A stretch of DNA of 38,973 nt from a virus. The stretch is from IMG/VR virus record IMGVR_UViG_3300001765_000053. One strand, 5' to 3'. The notes under the pieces were generated by a model. That model worked only from the letters and a program-made list of their open reading frames with translations. It made no database searches and was not told the DNA's origin. Positions 11,163-20,339 of this stretch are shown piece after piece. Within the stretch, counting starts at the first letter, position 1. Each line of letters begins with the position of its first letter. The translations under genes were made by a program, and so were the position numbers.

Positions 11163-11570
11163 ATGGGAAAAGAAATATTAAAAAGTCATCCAATAGACCC
11201 AGTAATTGCAAAATTAGTTATGGTATCTCTTGGAGTAATATTCATAATACTTGGTATATTTATTACTGATATTATTGTTTTGTTTAAACAACAATCAATT
11301 ACAAATTATGTTGTTGGAACAATATTGATATTCACTTCAATAATTGCATATATTGAAATTGGTTTAAAAAGATGGACAGATTGGTCAAAATTAAGTAAAT
11401 TTGAAAATCAACAAATACTTTCATTTTTAGTAGCAACATTTATATTTACTGGTGGTGTTTTAAGTATATTATCAGTAAATTCTATATTTGGATTTGGAAT
11501 TACAAATTTTATGCAAAATGATGAAATTATGTTGGCTGGTGGAATTATTATATTAGAAGCATTAAGATAA
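11163..11570 (+). CDS. 4-TM membrane protein, paralogue A
   Basis: Four hydrophobic helices; aligns with the next ORF (H.IDP, SIT, G.KR, terminal EAL[RK]). Confidence 0.75.
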   Translation: MGKEILKSHPIDPVIAKLVMVSLGVIFIILGIFITDIIVLFKQQSITNYVVGTILIFTSIIAYIEIGLKRWTDWSKLSKFENQQILSFLVATFIFTGGVLSILSVNSIFGFGITNFMQNDEIMLAGGIIILEALR

Positions 11571-11578
11571 ATTAAAAA

Positions 11579-11986
11579 ATGAAAAGCGATAAATATTCAT
11601 ACAAAGGTCATACAATAGACCCAATGACAGCAAGAATAACAATGATTTTTTTTGGTGCTGTTCTTATATTGTTAAGTTTTGGTCTTAATGATATTGTAAT
11701 TGCAATAAATAAAGTATCAATAACACATTTATTTATTGGTGCTATTTTAATAATTTCAGCATTACTTTCATTTTATATAAGAGTTGGAATTAAAAGAATA
11801 CACTCTATAAATTCAATTTCATCATTTAAAAAGTTTTCACCAGCACAAATGACATCAACAACAATAAGTATTATTGTTTTGGTTTCTGGTATTTTAAATT
11901 TATTTGGTTATAATATATTAACATTATGGAATATTGGAACAATGTTTTTTAGTGGATTAACAATTATATATGAAGCATTAAAATGA
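11579..11986 (+). CDS. 4-TM membrane protein, paralogue B
   Basis: Same length (135 aa) and same motifs as the preceding ORF. Confidence 0.75.
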   Translation: MKSDKYSYKGHTIDPMTARITMIFFGAVLILLSFGLNDIVIAINKVSITHLFIGAILIISALLSFYIRVGIKRIHSINSISSFKKFSPAQMTSTTISIIVLVSGILNLFGYNILTLWNIGTMFFSGLTIIYEALK

Positions 11987-12303
11987 ATAGATTTATTGAC
12001 AATAATGGAGTTATTAAATTAAATAATTTAATAACATTAAGATTATATACAAGATTATATAAAATTAGTGAAATCACATTAAAGCCAATATTTAAATATA
12101 GAATTATAATAGAAACAAAGATAAGCCCATCAACTGTAAAAATGTTTTTTCCAGATACAACTGGAACAATACCAATATTTATTACATTTGATGAATTTTC
12201 AAATTTAGAATCAACAAATGATTTTATTGAAAATTGGTTAAAAAGAAATGAAATTAAAATAAAAGATTTCATAGATTTATTTAAATATAATAAAAATGTA
12301 TAA
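11983..12303 (+). CDS. Hypothetical protein
   Basis: ATGA overlap with the upstream gene; 106 aa ORF. Confidence 0.6.
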   Translation: MNRFIDNNGVIKLNNLITLRLYTRLYKISEITLKPIFKYRIIIETKISPSTVKMFFPDTTGTIPIFITFDEFSNLESTNDFIENWLKRNEIKIKDFIDLFKYNKNV

Positions 12304-12460
12304 TGAATTAATAAGAGTTTGGAATGTAACAAGAAAACCAACAAAAAAAGATTATTTTTTGGTATTAAAAATAGTTTTGGTTGGAGTTTTTATAATTGGT
12401 CTTGTTGGATTTATTATATATTTGTTATTTCAATTATTAATAAATAGGTTATTTATATAA
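12296..12460 (+). CDS. secE: Protein translocase subunit SecE / Sec61-gamma, archaeal type (54 aa, not in ORF track)
   Basis: MYNELIRVWNVTRKPTKKDYFLVLKIVLVGVFIIGLVGFIIYLLFQLLINRLFI matches the archaeal SecE pattern E..RV.....KP...[ED][YF]....K....G....G..G[FY]II (amphipathic helix, KP hinge, single TM). Confidence 0.88.
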   Translation: MYNELIRVWNVTRKPTKKDYFLVLKIVLVGVFIIGLVGFIIYLLFQLLINRLFI

Positions 12461-12463
12461 AAA

Positions 12464-12544
12464 ATGAGAAATGAAAATTTAGCAATGATTATTACTGGAA
12501 CTTTAATAATAATTATAGCATTATATATTTTAGTGAGTGCATAA
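12464..12544 (+). CDS. 26 aa single-TM peptide (not in ORF track)
   Basis: MRNENLAMIITGTLIIIIALYILVSA; fills the gap between secE and the lipocalin with TAAAAAATG and TAAAATG junctions. Confidence 0.5.
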   Translation: MRNENLAMIITGTLIIIIALYILVSA

Positions 12545-12545
12545 A

Positions 12546-13085
12546 ATGATAGAAAAAGATAAACAAGGAATTACTATAATAGTTGTATTTTTTATTGCTA
12601 TTGGTTTGTTTTATACAAGTTTGTATTTTACAAATGAAAGAGAAATAAAAACAGCAGAAAATATAAATATTGAAAAATATGATGGGCTTTGGTATTCATT
12701 ATATGAATTGCCAAATGGATTTCAAAAGAATTGTAATTGTGTTACTGCAAAATACGACATTATAAATAAAACAACTATAAGTGTTTTAAATACTTGTGGA
12801 AATACTGGTAAAAATATATCTGGATTTGCAACAGTAGTTAATTCAACAACAAATGCAGAATTAAAAGTTGATTTTGGATATTTTAGAAGTGGAGATTATA
12901 ATATTTTATATGTAGATGATTATTATAAATATGCAATAGTTGGTTCAAAAGATAGAAAGTATTTATGGTTTTTAGGAAGAAATACTGAAATATCTGATAT
13001 TCAATTAAATGTTATGAAAAAGATTGCAATAGAACAAGAATATAATACAATAGATATGATTAAAGTTAAACACGATTGTAAATAA
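12546..13085 (+). CDS. Membrane-anchored lipocalin (Blc/ApoD-like)
   Basis: KYDGLWY (GxW motif), FQKNC.CVTA.Y, V.N.C, LKVDF, YNILYVD..Y.YAIVG...RKYLW.L.R; N-terminal TM instead of a lipobox. Start moved to ATG 12546. Confidence 0.9.
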   Translation: MIEKDKQGITIIVVFFIAIGLFYTSLYFTNEREIKTAENINIEKYDGLWYSLYELPNGFQKNCNCVTAKYDIINKTTISVLNTCGNTGKNISGFATVVNSTTNAELKVDFGYFRSGDYNILYVDDYYKYAIVGSKDRKYLWFLGRNTEISDIQLNVMKKIAIEQEYNTIDMIKVKHDCK

Positions 13086-13088
13086 AAA

Positions 13089-13505
13089 ATGAAAAAAGAA
13101 TATATAAAGGGTGGATTAGCAGATAATTTATCTAATAATCAATTCAATAAAAGTTCATTAAAGCAAGGTCAAAAAGTTGAACTTGAACATACAAACAATA
13201 AAAAAATAGCAACTGAAATCTCAAAAGACCACCTTTCAGAAAATTCAAAATATTACGAAGAACTTGAAAAAATGGAAAAGAAACTTGATAGAAAAATCCA
13301 ATTAAAAGGAACTTATAAAGGATTTAAATATGAACTTGATAGTGAAGGATATGGATATAAAATATTCAATGAAAAAGGTGGATTTGGTGAATTTCAACCA
13401 TATGCTGGAAATAGAGTATTTGATATTGGTTCAAGAGATTTAAGAATAAAAGAAATGAGAAAACAATTATATAATGCAGTAAATAGAGAAAATTATAACA
13501 GATAA
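13089..13505 (+). CDS. DUF5661-like protein
   Basis: GG.AD...G.KVELEHT....IA.EI..DHL.E...YY..L motif, recalled from viral DUF5661 proteins. Confidence 0.7.
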   Translation: MKKEYIKGGLADNLSNNQFNKSSLKQGQKVELEHTNNKKIATEISKDHLSENSKYYEELEKMEKKLDRKIQLKGTYKGFKYELDSEGYGYKIFNEKGGFGEFQPYAGNRVFDIGSRDLRIKEMRKQLYNAVNRENYNR

Positions 13506-13507
13506 AA

Positions 13508-14611
13508 ATGAAAAAAGAATTTATTGATAAGAAAACACAATGGATAATTGCTTGGTATTTATTAATTGGTGTTATTTATGCTTTATATCAATTTATAAAA
13601 CCATTATTTTATGAACCAGTTATTTTGAAAAAAGGAATTATTGGTTTTAAATTATTTTTAACAGATTTAATTTTCTATCCAATAATTCTACTTATTGAAA
13701 AAGTATTTGGTGGTTTTATTGGATATGAAATTTATTGGTATTTATTATTAATAACAGTTGGTATATATTTGATACATTATATATTAGAATCATTAAAACT
13801 TCAAATTTTACCAAATGAAATAAAACATTTAGTAATTATATCAGTATCTTTAGTAATATTTATCTCAACTCTTTCTTATACAATTGATTATAATGAAAGG
13901 CAAATTTTAGAAAAGTCCAATTTTAGAACTATTATTAGTAATTTTAATGATAAGGCATTAAGTGATGAAGAATATTATAATGGGTTTTATATTAATAATG
14001 AATTAAAAGTCTATTTGATTGATGAAGAATATATGAAAAAAGTCTATGATGATAAAGATAATGATTTAATTCCACTTGGTCTTATGAGTTATGGTATTAA
14101 TACAATTCATATTAATTATGAAGGAATTAAAAATTATACAAATGGGTCAACTGAATATGATTCTAAATTATCAAACACATTAATACACGAAATAACACAT
14201 TATATAGACAATAAAGGTTATATTGTTGATAGATGTGGTGATTATGGATTTACTGGTGTTTCTTGTGGTGTTGTAAATGAAAAAAAATATGAAGATTTAT
14301 TTGATAGAACATATAAAGATATTCCAATAGAATTAAGACAAACTGTAAATTTTACAAGAATATATAATGGAACTTGGTATAGAGTAGATGAATATGATAA
14401 TGAAATTGTTGCAAGAATAAATGCTTTATGTTTAATTCCAGATGAAGAAAGAAACTTTAATAATGTTAAAGTTGCAAATTATTCAATGTGTAAAGAATTT
14501 AAATTTCAACAATCAACAATAGATGAATATGATAAAATACTTGAAAGTTTAACATTAAATTATGCTGAAACATTTTATGGAGAAAAGAAACCTTTATATA
14601 TTAGAAAGTAA
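13508..14611 (+). CDS. Membrane-anchored zincin-like metallopeptidase
   Basis: About 4 N-terminal TMs; TLIHEITH (HExxH) with a downstream candidate third ligand in NEIVAR. Confidence 0.7.
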   Translation: MKKEFIDKKTQWIIAWYLLIGVIYALYQFIKPLFYEPVILKKGIIGFKLFLTDLIFYPIILLIEKVFGGFIGYEIYWYLLLITVGIYLIHYILESLKLQILPNEIKHLVIISVSLVIFISTLSYTIDYNERQILEKSNFRTIISNFNDKALSDEEYYNGFYINNELKVYLIDEEYMKKVYDDKDNDLIPLGLMSYGINTIHINYEGIKNYTNGSTEYDSKLSNTLIHEITHYIDNKGYIVDRCGDYGFTGVSCGVVNEKKYEDLFDRTYKDIPIELRQTVNFTRIYNGTWYRVDEYDNEIVARINALCLIPDEERNFNNVKVANYSMCKEFKFQQSTIDEYDKILESLTLNYAETFYGEKKPLYIRK

Positions 14612-14623
14612 AATCAAAATATT

Positions 14624-15112
14624 ATGAAACATATAACAAAATTTCAATTATTGAAATCTGGATATAAACAATATCCAGTTGTTTTTGCCAATTATAATGA
14701 GTCAAAATTTCTTAGTAAACAAATATTAAAATACAGATATTCTATTCATTGTATAAAAATAAAAAAACAATATGTTATGTTTTATAAAAAAGATATTGTT
14801 GATGATAAATATAATAATGTTAGAAAGTGGGTAAAAGTTGATTGGTGTAATGATTTCATACATTATTATACTGGTGCAAAGTGTAAAAAGATTGATGATT
14901 TTCCAGATAAATATAAATATGAATTTAATATACTTTGTGATTTGAATAAACTAACTAATACTTGGATAGTTACTTTTACATATTTTGATATAGTATTTGG
15001 ATTTCAAGTATTATTTAAAGATAAAATTAAAATGCTTGAATTTATTGAAGAAATAATAAATTCAAATAAATATTCTCTTGCAACATATGAACAATATAAA
15101 GATATAATGTAA
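14624..15112 (+). CDS. Hypothetical protein
   Basis: 162 aa ORF in the gene series; no recognised motif. Confidence 0.6.
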   Translation: MKHITKFQLLKSGYKQYPVVFANYNESKFLSKQILKYRYSIHCIKIKKQYVMFYKKDIVDDKYNNVRKWVKVDWCNDFIHYYTGAKCKKIDDFPDKYKYEFNILCDLNKLTNTWIVTFTYFDIVFGFQVLFKDKIKMLEFIEEIINSNKYSLATYEQYKDIM

Positions 15113-15115
15113 AAA

Positions 15116-15709
15116 ATGAAACAGATTAAAGTAAATGATACAACACTTGAATTTATGTTAAGATTACTTGGTGAAAACGAATATGAGCATAGTAAACATA
15201 CATCAATTATGTATGGTAGATTTTGTAGAATACTTGGTATTGATAAAAGTTTTTTGGTTGAAACTGTAAGGGCAGTAAAATATCACGATATTGGTAAATT
15301 GTATATGAAAGATTTAATTTCATTGCCAAGACTTTTAACAAGTGAAGAATTTAATAGAATTAAATTACATACAATATATGGATATGAAATATTAAAAGAT
15401 GTAAATCAAACATCATCTGAACTTGCACTTGAACATCACGAAAATTATGATGGAACTGGTTATCCATATGGAAAAAAAGCAGAAGAAATATCTCTTAAAT
15501 CAAGAATATTAAAAATAGTTGATGTTTATGATGCTCTAAGAAGCAAAAGACCATATAAAAAAGCATTATCACATAGAGAAACACTTACTATAATGAGATA
15601 TGGAGATTATAAAATACAACCTTCGCACTTTGATTTAGAATTAATGATTAAATTTGTTAAAAACAATGAATCTTTTGAAACACTACACGATAAATTTAGA
15701 AAATACTAA
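15116..15709 (+). CDS. Stand-alone HD-GYP domain phosphodiesterase
   Basis: EHS, YHDIGK, H..YG, HHENYDGTGYPYG, SRIL.IVDVYDAL.SKRPYK all intact; no sensor domain. Confidence 0.92.
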   Translation: MKQIKVNDTTLEFMLRLLGENEYEHSKHTSIMYGRFCRILGIDKSFLVETVRAVKYHDIGKLYMKDLISLPRLLTSEEFNRIKLHTIYGYEILKDVNQTSSELALEHHENYDGTGYPYGKKAEEISLKSRILKIVDVYDALRSKRPYKKALSHRETLTIMRYGDYKIQPSHFDLELMIKFVKNNESFETLHDKFRKY

Positions 15710-16443
15710 CTAAACTTTTTTCTTATACACTCTCTACATCTTGTCTTTCCTTTAAATATTAGTGCATTACAACCCCAACATTTTACCCATTTTCCAGATA
15801 ATAATAATTTTCTATTTTTTTCATCTTGTTTATCCATATCACATTTAATACAACTATTTCCTTTTTGATAACGAACTTCGTGCATTGAACAATAAACTTG
15901 TCTAATAACAAGACCATCTTTATAATCTTTTATTTTTTTATTTATTTCTAATTCTTTTTCACCTTTTCTTTTAATCCTATGTTTTTCTAAGCATTTAACT
16001 GAACAAAATCTACTCGTTTTTCTTTTCATTTTAAATGGTTCATTGCAAAAATCACAATTTTTAGTAATTGCTTTTTCTCTCAATTTATGAAAACAAGTTT
16101 TACATATTTGCTTTTTTACATTATATTTCTTTCTTAATTGAGTTCCACATCCATTTTCACATTGAATAAACTCTATTCTTTTATTACTACTTCTTTTAAT
16201 ATCATAACATATTTTACACAATCCAGATAAACTTTGCTTTGTTGTTAATTTTGAACCACATTGATGGCAATTTTGTATATTTTCAAGTTTTCTTCTATTT
16301 AAACAATTTTTACAATATCCAGTTATATTTGCTGAACTAATATTTTTTCCACATTTTGAACAAATAAGACATTTTTTACAAATGTCTGTTTTTGATAACT
16401 TATGAAGTTTATTTATTTTGCACTTTTGACAATATCTATCCAT
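15706..16443 (-). CDS. Cys-rich multi-zinc-finger protein
   Basis: About 14 CxxC/CxxxC/CxxH pairs in 245 aa; very basic. Confidence 0.75.
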   Translation of the reverse strand: MDRYCQKCKINKLHKLSKTDICKKCLICSKCGKNISSANITGYCKNCLNRRKLENIQNCHQCGSKLTTKQSLSGLCKICYDIKRSSNKRIEFIQCENGCGTQLRKKYNVKKQICKTCFHKLREKAITKNCDFCNEPFKMKRKTSRFCSVKCLEKHRIKRKGEKELEINKKIKDYKDGLVIRQVYCSMHEVRYQKGNSCIKCDMDKQDEKNRKLLLSGKWVKCWGCNALIFKGKTRCRECIRKKFS

Positions 16444-18010
16444 TTTCTTCTTTATGTGTATATATTAATTTCAATTTTGACCTTGTTTTTGCTACATATT
16501 CCACATTTTTTTCTTGTTCTTGTTGCCACTCTGTATTTCCTTTTAGAATTGGGTGTGGTAACAAGTGTGGGTGTAATAAAAAAATAGTTTCTGCTTCAAG
16601 ACCTTTTGCTTTATGAATAGTTGAACAACATACAGCATTTTTATCTTCTTTGAAAATATTTTCTATATTAAAATGCAAATGCTCAACACTTTTTAAATCT
16701 TTATTATTAAGAAAATGAAGTAATGAATAAACTAAATCTTGTTTAAACATTAAATTTCTTTTTATATAATATAATTGTCTTTTTAACCACTCTTTTTGTT
16801 CAAATTCATTGGAATTATCTACTTTTGTCATTGTTTCAAGTTCTTTATTTTCAATTTCTTCATCAATAGTTGTTAATTGATGATTAAAATATACTCTTAA
16901 TTGTTGAATAGAATTATTACCTTTTTCAACTGCTTGTTTTAATTCAAATAAAATATCTTGTTTTAAGTCACTACCTTTAATATATGATTTAATTTCACAT
17001 TTAATTAACCACAAACAAGTTTGTATTAATGGAGAGTTTGTTCTACAAATTACCATATCACCACTTTTTGCATAATTTTGTATTTGATTTTCAATTATAT
17101 CAAATATATATCCTTCTGGATTTTTATCATATGCTTCAATATCATTGACAATTTTTTGAACTTCTTTAATATGAGATTGTGGACATCTATAACAAATACT
17201 TAATGGCATTTCTTTTGCATTGAATAATTGTTTAATATCATTCATAGAATTTGTATTTGAACCAGCAAATCCATATAAACTTTGATTTTTATCTCCAACA
17301 AATACAAATCTTGTATTATCATTTGATAAATTTTGTAATAGTTTCATTTGAATTTTATTTAAATCTTGAACTTCATCAACAAAAATATAATTATATACAT
17401 CTTTCCACCCCAATTGGATTGGTAACCAAATCATATCAGAAAAATCTATCCAATACTTTTCCCAATTTAAACTCAATTTACATATTTGTTTAATAGCACC
17501 AATAATTAAATCAAAACTATATTTACTACTAATGCCATAAAAATTCATCAATTCTTTTAGTTCATCTTCATCATTATAATTTGTATTGTTTGCTTTAACC
17601 AAATCTGATAATTTATGAATAAAAAATTTAAAATTTCTTTTATTGTAATCTTTTTCAAAAAATAATTTATATCTTGTTGTTGAACTAATTATTTCTTCAT
17701 AAATCAAATTAAATTTATTAAAGTTTATTTTATCTGTTCTATTTGTATTTCTTTTAATTAATTTAAGACCAGCACTATGTAATGTTGAAACTTCAACTTT
17801 TTTTGGTAATTTAGTTTTTAATTCATCAACTATTGATTTATTAAATGCAAGAAATAAAATACTTTCAAATTTTGGTGTATAATCAATACATTTAATTAAA
17901 CTTGAAGATTTACCAGAACCAGCAACTGCTTGAATTATAATATTTTCTTTGTTTTTCTTTACTTCTTCAAATAAAGCAAGTTGATATTTACTATAAATTA
18001 GTTCAGACAT
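16436..18010 (-). CDS. UvrD/Rep-family (SF1A) DNA helicase
   Basis: AVAGSGKS, LAFN, STLHS, VDEVQD, VGD.NQS.YGF.G, YRCP, STIHKAKGLE, YVA.TR. Confidence 0.93.
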   Translation of the reverse strand: MSELIYSKYQLALFEEVKKNKENIIIQAVAGSGKSSSLIKCIDYTPKFESILFLAFNKSIVDELKTKLPKKVEVSTLHSAGLKLIKRNTNRTDKINFNKFNLIYEEIISSTTRYKLFFEKDYNKRNFKFFIHKLSDLVKANNTNYNDEDELKELMNFYGISSKYSFDLIIGAIKQICKLSLNWEKYWIDFSDMIWLPIQLGWKDVYNYIFVDEVQDLNKIQMKLLQNLSNDNTRFVFVGDKNQSLYGFAGSNTNSMNDIKQLFNAKEMPLSICYRCPQSHIKEVQKIVNDIEAYDKNPEGYIFDIIENQIQNYAKSGDMVICRTNSPLIQTCLWLIKCEIKSYIKGSDLKQDILFELKQAVEKGNNSIQQLRVYFNHQLTTIDEEIENKELETMTKVDNSNEFEQKEWLKRQLYYIKRNLMFKQDLVYSLLHFLNNKDLKSVEHLHFNIENIFKEDKNAVCCSTIHKAKGLEAETIFLLHPHLLPHPILKGNTEWQQEQEKNVEYVAKTRSKLKLIYTHKEENG

Positions 18011-18113
18011 TTGTATAATAATAAATTATTATATGATTTTATAAATCTTTGTAATGTATCTTAATAGTAGTAACATTTAGATATATTTATAAATATATGA
18101 ATATATGTATATA

Positions 18114-18175
18114 TTACAAGGAAGATGTCGTGAATGGGATGTCATAATGCAAATTATAAATGCTTAGCCTTGTAA
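18114..18175 (+). ncRNA. Candidate small structured RNA
   Basis: Locally GC-richer; closing stem TTACAAGG (18114-21)/CCTTGTAA (18168-75) with two weak internal hairpins; begins 20 nt after TTTATAAA (18086-93). Confidence 0.3.
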
Positions 18176-18229
18176 ATTCTATTAATACAAATTCAATAAA
18201 TTATAATCTTCAACCAATTATAATTTTTC

Positions 18230-18802
18230 TCAATTAAGAATTATGCAATTCTCGTTATCTTTACAAACTGGTAAAGGTCCAAGTCTATGACAATCAACAC
18301 TTTTTTGGTCAATTATACAATATCCTTCTTCAATATCTGCAATAACAAATGTATGATTATCTATTGCATCAAAATTTTGTGTTACTTTAATTCCAAGTTG
18401 TCTTAAAGTAATCATATAAAAATTAGACCAACTTTTACAATCTCCACCATTTTCAATCAATTCATCTGGTGATAATATATCTTTGGTTACAACATATTTA
18501 AAATTATCATTTACAAAATTATTTACACATAGAATTTTATCAACTTCTGTTTCTTGATATTTACAATATCCAACAACTGATGATGAAACATTATCATCTT
18601 TACCTTCATAATACATCACATTTGTCACTATATTATAAGGTCCAAAAATAAGACTAAATATAAATGCAAGTGCTAAAATAAATGTTGCTGTGTATGAAAC
18701 TAATTGCATATTAAATATAATATTGTCTCTACCAGTAACTCTTTCTTTTACTTTTTCCTTTCTTTCAATAATTCTATTTAAATGATTATCAATCCAACTC
18801 AT
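18230..18802 (-). CDS. Membrane-anchored transglutaminase-like (Cys-His-Asp) protein
   Basis: N-terminal TM; FV....Y......SP.E....GGDC, L..LGI, NHTF, IID; own TATA box at 18824-18831. Confidence 0.8.
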   Translation of the reverse strand: MSWIDNHLNRIIERKEKVKERVTGRDNIIFNMQLVSYTATFILALAFIFSLIFGPYNIVTNVMYYEGKDDNVSSSVVGYCKYQETEVDKILCVNNFVNDNFKYVVTKDILSPDELIENGGDCKSWSNFYMITLRQLGIKVTQNFDAIDNHTFVIADIEEGYCIIDQKSVDCHRLGPLPVCKDNENCIILN

Positions 18803-18820
18803 AAATATGCTTTGGTTTAT

Positions 18821-20179
18821 TTATTTATAAATATTTTCATATTGTAGATGCTTTCTTTTTGCTTTTTCATAAAATAATTTTAATTTATCATTTACAGAAA
18901 CAAATTTTTTAATATCAACATCAAACATATAAATTCCTTTTGAATATTGAATATAAACATTTTTTGGATTTGTTGCTCTTGAAATTCCAACATAAAATTG
19001 ACCATTTGTAAATATTTTTGTAATATCAAGTATAATATTATCTATTGATAATCCTTGTGATTTATGAATAGTTAAAGAATATCCAAGTTTAATTGGAAAT
19101 TGTTTTATATTTGCAACCAATGTAAATTGATTATCTATATAATCATAATGTCCAAAACTTTGTTTTTGCAATTTAACATCAGTTCCATCATCTTTTCTAA
19201 TTGATATATAATCTTTCTGAATATCAGTTATAATACCTTTTTCTCCATTATAAAATTGTTCTCCATTAGAAATAAATATAACCAATGCACCAACTTTTAC
19301 AAACAATTTCTTTTCAATTAATAATTGTTTTGAAATATAATCTTCAATTTCTTGTTTATACATAGAATCATTAAAATCTTGTTTATATTCAATTTCATAT
19401 TCAATTACACATAGTTCATTTCTTATTTCTGATAGTTTTTCTTTATTATAATTAAATACAAATTCATTCGTTGAAGCAAGTATTGTTGGATTTTGATTTA
19501 TAACATAATCATTTTTCATCATATTTTTTAAATATTGTATATCTCTTTGATTTACATCACCAACTCTTATGTTTGATAGAACTTCCATAAATTCAATATT
19601 ATTTGTTCTATATATTTTTTCCATAACATATGGGACAAAATTATAAGATTTCCAATTATCGCTTTCAAAGAAAAATCTGGAATCAGTTTTTTTATCATTT
19701 TCTAAATACTTTGACTTTGTAGAAATTGGTGGTAATTGAAAAACATCACCAGAAATTAATATTTTCCCTTTAAAATTGGCAATTTTTAATATATAATCAA
19801 TCAATTCCCATTTATCAGCAGAAATCATTGATACTTCATCTATAATTAATAAATCAACAATACCAACAACATTTCTTAATTTATTATAAATCATATTAAT
19901 ATCAAATGACATATTTGTTCTTGCCATATATTTAATATAGACATTATATTCTTCAATTGAATTTGTATCAGCAAATTTTAGCAATGAATTAATAGTTTTT
20001 CCTTTAATGTTATATGCAGAAACACCAGTTGTTGCTGTTTTTTCAACAATCTTTCCCCTTAACTTGTATGAATCAACTATTTTATTAATATTATATGATT
20101 TTCCAACACCACCAGCACCAATTATAAAGACTTTATCATATTCTTCAAGCAATTTAGAAATATTTTCAAAATCATCCAT
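18821..20179 (-). CDS. Pif1-family (SF1B) DNA helicase
   Basis: GAGGVGKS, ATTGVSA, IIDEVSM, GDVFQLPPI, QFPIKLGYSLTIHKSQG, GQFYVGISRA. Start moved to ATG 20179, which lies 21 nt from a TATA box at 20201-20208. Confidence 0.93.
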   Translation of the reverse strand: MDDFENISKLLEEYDKVFIIGAGGVGKSYNINKIVDSYKLRGKIVEKTATTGVSAYNIKGKTINSLLKFADTNSIEEYNVYIKYMARTNMSFDINMIYNKLRNVVGIVDLLIIDEVSMISADKWELIDYILKIANFKGKILISGDVFQLPPISTKSKYLENDKKTDSRFFFESDNWKSYNFVPYVMEKIYRTNNIEFMEVLSNIRVGDVNQRDIQYLKNMMKNDYVINQNPTILASTNEFVFNYNKEKLSEIRNELCVIEYEIEYKQDFNDSMYKQEIEDYISKQLLIEKKLFVKVGALVIFISNGEQFYNGEKGIITDIQKDYISIRKDDGTDVKLQKQSFGHYDYIDNQFTLVANIKQFPIKLGYSLTIHKSQGLSIDNIILDITKIFTNGQFYVGISRATNPKNVYIQYSKGIYMFDVDIKKFVSVNDKLKLFYEKAKRKHLQYENIYK

Positions 20180-20303
20180 AATAATATAATTTACACTTAG
20201 TTTAAATATTTTTTTATTAGAAAACTTGTAAAAAATCATTGATATAAAATGAGATTTCTTGATAAATATATATATTTTTATTTATTTATAAATCTTTGTT
20301 TTT

Positions 20304-20337
20304 CCTAAAAATAGGTATTAATATACTTGTTTTTAGG
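20304..20337. terminator. Imperfect inverted repeat, possible terminator or binding site
   Basis: CCTAAAAATAGGTAT-taat-ATACTTGTTTTTAGG, just past the stop of the 20340 ORF. Confidence 0.35.
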
Positions 20338-20339
20338 TA

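Noticed and set aside
11163-12544. Sec61-beta/SecG identity for the IDP+TM paralogues or the 26 aa peptide after secE
   Set aside because: The IDP-helix resemblance is only a few residues, the paralogues have four TMs, and the peptide lacks the conserved upstream motif; unsupported without an HMM search.
18114-18175. Purine riboswitch, tRNA or hammerhead ribozyme
   Set aside because: Conserved core nucleotides of these families are absent; kept only as a generic RNA candidate.
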